From NCBI GenBank assembly GCA_012838795.1, contig DUOO01000056.1:84119-148118 (forward strand): a stretch of DNA of 64,000 nucleotides, read 5' to 3'. A program made the position numbers and the translations under genes. A model generated the notes under the pieces. It ran no database searches. It saw only the letters and a list, made by a program, of their open reading frames with translations, and had not been told where the DNA came from. This DNA is from Clostridiaceae bacterium. GTDB taxonomy: Bacteria > Bacillota > Clostridia > Saccharofermentanales > DTU023. Below, piece by piece: positions 61,054-64,000 of this stretch. How positions within the stretch are numbered: the stretch's first letter is position 1; every line of letters starts with the position of its first letter.

Positions 61054-62190
61054 ATGAAAAAACTGAATTACGGTATGGTGGGAGGCGGCCCCGGTTCCTT
61101 TATCGGTGACGCCCATAGACGTTCCATTAACATTGACAGTATGGCACAGTTGGTTGCAGGGTCTTTTTCCCGTACTTGGGAAAAGTGTCGCCAAACCGGT
61201 GCAGACTTGGGTATTGCGGAAGATCGCTGTTATGCAAACTTTGAAGAAATGGCAAAAGCGGAGGCTGCTCGTGCTGACGGCATTGACTTTGTTGTTGTCG
61301 TCACCCCGAACGTTTCTCACTATCCGGTCTGTAAAGCATTTCTTGAAGCCGGCATTAACGTTGCTTGTGACAAACCTTTGTGTCTGACAGTTGAACAAGC
61401 TGATGAGTTGTGTGAGTTGGCCGACAGTAAGGAGCTTCTGTTTCTCGTTACGTATACATACATGGGTCATGTAACTGCAAAGCACATCCGTCAGTTCATT
61501 AAGGAAGGCAAGCTCGGCAAAATTCGAACTGTAATGGCGGAGTATCCTCAAGGTTGGCTGGCTTATGAAGGTGAATGGGGCGGTAAGCAGGGCGAATGGC
61601 GTTGCGATCCCGAACAGTCCGGCGGCGTCAACTGTCTCGGCGATCTCGGAACTCATGTGGAAAACGCAGTTTCAACCCTCACAGGTCTCAAGATTAAACG
61701 TCTTCTGGCTAAGATGGACGTAGTTGTTCCCGGTCGTGTTCTTGACGACAATGACGTTGTGCTGGTCGAATTTGAGGATGGTGCAACCGGTTGTTACTGG
61801 GCAAGCCAGTTCGCTATCGGTCATGATAACAGTCTGAGTGTACGTATCTATGGCGAAAATGGTTCCATCATATGGAAACAGGAGGAATGCGAGAAGGTCA
61901 TTATGATTTCCCGTGACGGTACAATTGTTGAGCGCCATCGCGGCAACGCCGGTATCGAACCGAAAGCAGCTGCTTACGGAAGACTTCCTTCCGGTCATAC
62001 TGAAGGCTGGCTTGAAGCCATGGGCAACCTCTACCGTTCATTTATAACATGCATCAACGCTAAAAAAGACGGTACTTTCACTCCGGATATGATTGATTAT
62101 CCGACCGTTCATGACGGAGCAGAAGGAATTCGTTTTGTCCACGCATGCCTTAAGTCCAATGAGCAAGGCAATGTGTGGGTCGACATGTAA
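61054..62190 (+). CDS. Gfo/Idh/MocA-family NAD(P)-dependent oxidoreductase
   Basis: 378 aa. N-terminal Rossmann YGMVGGGPGSFIGDAHR. SD GAAGGAGG. Confidence 0.9.
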   Translation: MKKLNYGMVGGGPGSFIGDAHRRSINIDSMAQLVAGSFSRTWEKCRQTGADLGIAEDRCYANFEEMAKAEAARADGIDFVVVVTPNVSHYPVCKAFLEAGINVACDKPLCLTVEQADELCELADSKELLFLVTYTYMGHVTAKHIRQFIKEGKLGKIRTVMAEYPQGWLAYEGEWGGKQGEWRCDPEQSGGVNCLGDLGTHVENAVSTLTGLKIKRLLAKMDVVVPGRVLDDNDVVLVEFEDGATGCYWASQFAIGHDNSLSVRIYGENGSIIWKQEECEKVIMISRDGTIVERHRGNAGIEPKAAAYGRLPSGHTEGWLEAMGNLYRSFITCINAKKDGTFTPDMIDYPTVHDGAEGIRFVHACLKSNEQGNVWVDM

Positions 62191-62245
62191 ATTTTTGTTC
62201 TGAAAATATGACAAACTAAAAATAATAATTATAGGAGGAAATATT

Positions 62246-63244
62246 ATGTCAAGACCGATTACTCTATTCACAATCCAATGGGGCGACTTGCCTTTGGAAG
62301 AAGTTTGCAAACTTGCTCAGCAAATGGGCTTTGAGGGCTTGGAAATCTCCGCGGCACATATCGATATGAAACGTGCTGCCGAAGATTTAGCATATATTGA
62401 CGAAATTAAAGCCTTACTCAAGAAGTATAACCTGGGCTGTTGGGCTTTGAGCAATCATCTGGCCGGCCAGTGTGTCTGTGATACAGTGCCCGACACTTAT
62501 GACTCCCGTCTCGACGGCTTTGCTCCGTCAGAGTTGGCAGGCAAACCCGAAGAAATTCAAAAGTGGGCTGTTGATGAAATGATAGCAACCGCATATGCCG
62601 CTAAAAACATGGGTATCGATGTTGTTACGTTCTTTATGGGCTCTCCGATTTGGAAATTCTGGTACTCTTTCCCGCAGACCTCCGAAGAACAGGTGGAAGC
62701 CGGTTATCAGAAGGTCAAGGAACTGTGGAGCCCGATCTTCGACGAGTACGACAAGTGCGGTGTGAAACTGGCTCTTGAGGTTCATCCGACAGAGATTGCA
62801 TTCGACTATTGGACTACCAAGAAACTGCTTGAAACGTTTGATTATCGTCCGACTCTCGGGATCAATTTCGACCCGTCCCACCTGCTTTGGCAAAATGTTG
62901 ATCCTGTTGTGTTCTGCCGTGATTTTATGGATCGTATTTATCATGTCCATGCAAAAGATGTCAAATTGAACTATGACGGCCGTAACGGTGTTTTAGGCTC
63001 TCACGTAACATTCGGCGACATGAGGCGCGGTTGGAACTTTGTTTCTTTAGGCCATGGTGATGTCGATTTTGACGGCATCTGCCGTGCACTGAACGAAGGC
63101 AAATATGCAGGCCCGATTTCCATTGAATGGGAAGACTCCGGTATGGACCGTGTCTACGGTGCAACAGAAGCTTGCGCGTACATTAAGCGTTACAACTTCA
63201 CCGCTTCCGACTTCGCGTTCGACAGCGCAATCAAAACAGACTGA
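62246..63244 (+). CDS. Sugar phosphate isomerase/epimerase (xylose-isomerase-like TIM barrel)
   Basis: 332 aa. ...LALEVHPTEIAFD...INFDPSHLLWQ...HVHAKD... metal-ligand style motifs. SD AGGAGG. Confidence 0.85.
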   Translation: MSRPITLFTIQWGDLPLEEVCKLAQQMGFEGLEISAAHIDMKRAAEDLAYIDEIKALLKKYNLGCWALSNHLAGQCVCDTVPDTYDSRLDGFAPSELAGKPEEIQKWAVDEMIATAYAAKNMGIDVVTFFMGSPIWKFWYSFPQTSEEQVEAGYQKVKELWSPIFDEYDKCGVKLALEVHPTEIAFDYWTTKKLLETFDYRPTLGINFDPSHLLWQNVDPVVFCRDFMDRIYHVHAKDVKLNYDGRNGVLGSHVTFGDMRRGWNFVSLGHGDVDFDGICRALNEGKYAGPISIEWEDSGMDRVYGATEACAYIKRYNFTASDFAFDSAIKTD

Positions 63245-63290
63245 ATAAAAACGTAATATAATTCGTTTTTATTCGATTTTCCGGTTTATT

Positions 63291-63327
63291 ATTAATACTA
63301 ATTAATGTCTCATTAATTAGTATTAAT
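63291..63327. promoter_or_regulatory. Perfect 17-bp inverted repeat with a 3-nt spacer, upstream of the binding-protein gene
   Basis: ATTAATACTAATTAATG-tct-CATTAATTAGTATTAAT, about 30 nt upstream of ATG 63358. Confidence 0.5.
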
Positions 63328-63357
63328 TAAGAAATATAATTTAGGAGGAAAAAAACT

Positions 63358-64000
63358 ATGAGTATTAAAAAAATGATCGCTCTTTTACTGGTCATAGTCA
63401 TGACTTTTGCTTTGGCAGCTTGCGGCTCCAAAGATAAAGAGTCTGATGACGAAAAAGCTGATGACGTAAAGACTGATGACGTGAAGTCTGATGACGAAAA
63501 GGCTGATGACAAAAAGGCTGATGAAGAGCCCGCAGATGAAGAACCTGCAGATGAAGAGCCTGCAGATGAAACGCCCGATGAGGTTAAGAAGACCATCTAT
63601 GTTCTGGCTCCTAACCCTGACCACGGCTGGACCGGTGCTATCGGTGTTTTTGCTGAGGCTAAAGTTGACGAGTTGAACAACGAAGGAAAGTATGATGTTC
63701 GCTTCCAGACTTTTGCTTCTGCTGATGACCAAATTAAGCAGATAGAAGACATTATCGCCAACGATCCCGGTGACGGTTCCATCGGCGTTGCAATGTTGCC
63801 TGCCAGTCCCGACGTTGAGAATGCCATCCAGCAACTGGCTGATGCAAACATCCCATACACCGCAGCTGACCGTATCATTCCATCCGTTGCCGATACTGCT
63901 GTTTCCAACATCAAGTATGATAACGTTGAAATCGGTGCTGCCGCTGCTTCCTACCTGGTTGCTAACGGCATGGTTGAAGGTGACAAGGTTGTCTGTATCG
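63358..64000 (+). CDS. Sugar ABC substrate-binding lipoprotein with an acidic linker (partial, continues past the window)
   Basis: Absent from the ORF track because it runs off the edge. SD AGGAGG then MSIKKMIALLLVIVMTFALAACGSKDKESDDEKADD...EEPADEEPADEEPADETPDEVKKTIYVLAPNPDHGW... Confidence 0.85.
   Translation, partial: MSIKKMIALLLVIVMTFALAACGSKDKESDDEKADDVKTDDVKSDDEKADDKKADEEPADEEPADEEPADETPDEVKKTIYVLAPNPDHGWTGAIGVFAEAKVDELNNEGKYDVRFQTFASADDQIKQIEDIIANDPGDGSIGVAMLPASPDVENAIQQLADANIPYTAADRIIPSVADTAVSNIKYDNVEIGAAAASYLVANGMVEGDKVVCI

Noticed and set aside
61009-61998. 215-aa and 108-aa minus-strand ORFs.
   Set aside because: They are antisense to the Gfo/Idh/MocA gene, which has a clear Rossmann motif and SD. 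Long antisense ORFs are expected in the GC-richer block.
63327-63914. Three minus-strand ORFs (89, 149 and 105 aa), one serine-rich.
   Set aside because: They are antisense to a well-supported lipoprotein gene with SD, signal peptide and lipobox. The serine-rich frame is the reverse reading of the acidic GAA/GAT-rich linker in a GC-richer region.

Overview
Low-GC (mid-30s % by eye) chromosomal segment. Gene content suggests Bacillota (AddAB, Soj/Spo0J, RemB-like DUF370, HPr); this assignment is inference. The window spans the replication-origin neighbourhood. On the minus strand, dnaA-dnaN-recF-DUF370-gyrB is followed directly by parA-parB. There are two perfect parS sites, and AT-rich regions flanking dnaA are packed with a non-canonical 9-mer (TGTTAATAA). 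The left 11.3 kb is a LacI-controlled carbohydrate-type locus. It holds two CUT2-type ABC systems, two binding lipoproteins, a cytoplasmic GH20/DUF4838-like enzyme, an M24-fold protein and three near-identical LacI-type operators. Other content: tungsten-type aldehyde:ferredoxin oxidoreductase plus a DUF362/ferredoxin gene; an HPr-like gene translationally coupled to a divergent permease; nadE, mutM, cls, eno, gdh and addBA; a yefM-yoeB toxin-antitoxin pair; murJ; and two tRNA-Ser genes. A visibly GC-richer sugar cluster (Gfo/Idh/MocA oxidoreductase, TIM-barrel isomerase, binding protein) lies at the right end. The least explained signal is a family of structured tandem repeats that do not look coding or CRISPR-like: about 5 x 92 bp at 12.85-13.30 kb and 3 x ~82 bp at 40.47-40.70 kb. 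Each array lies immediately 3' of a plus-strand gene, and the two share an inner hairpin. The first array is bracketed by the two halves of a unit of the second type. All coordinates, alignments and counts were done by hand from the sequence; no database searches were run.
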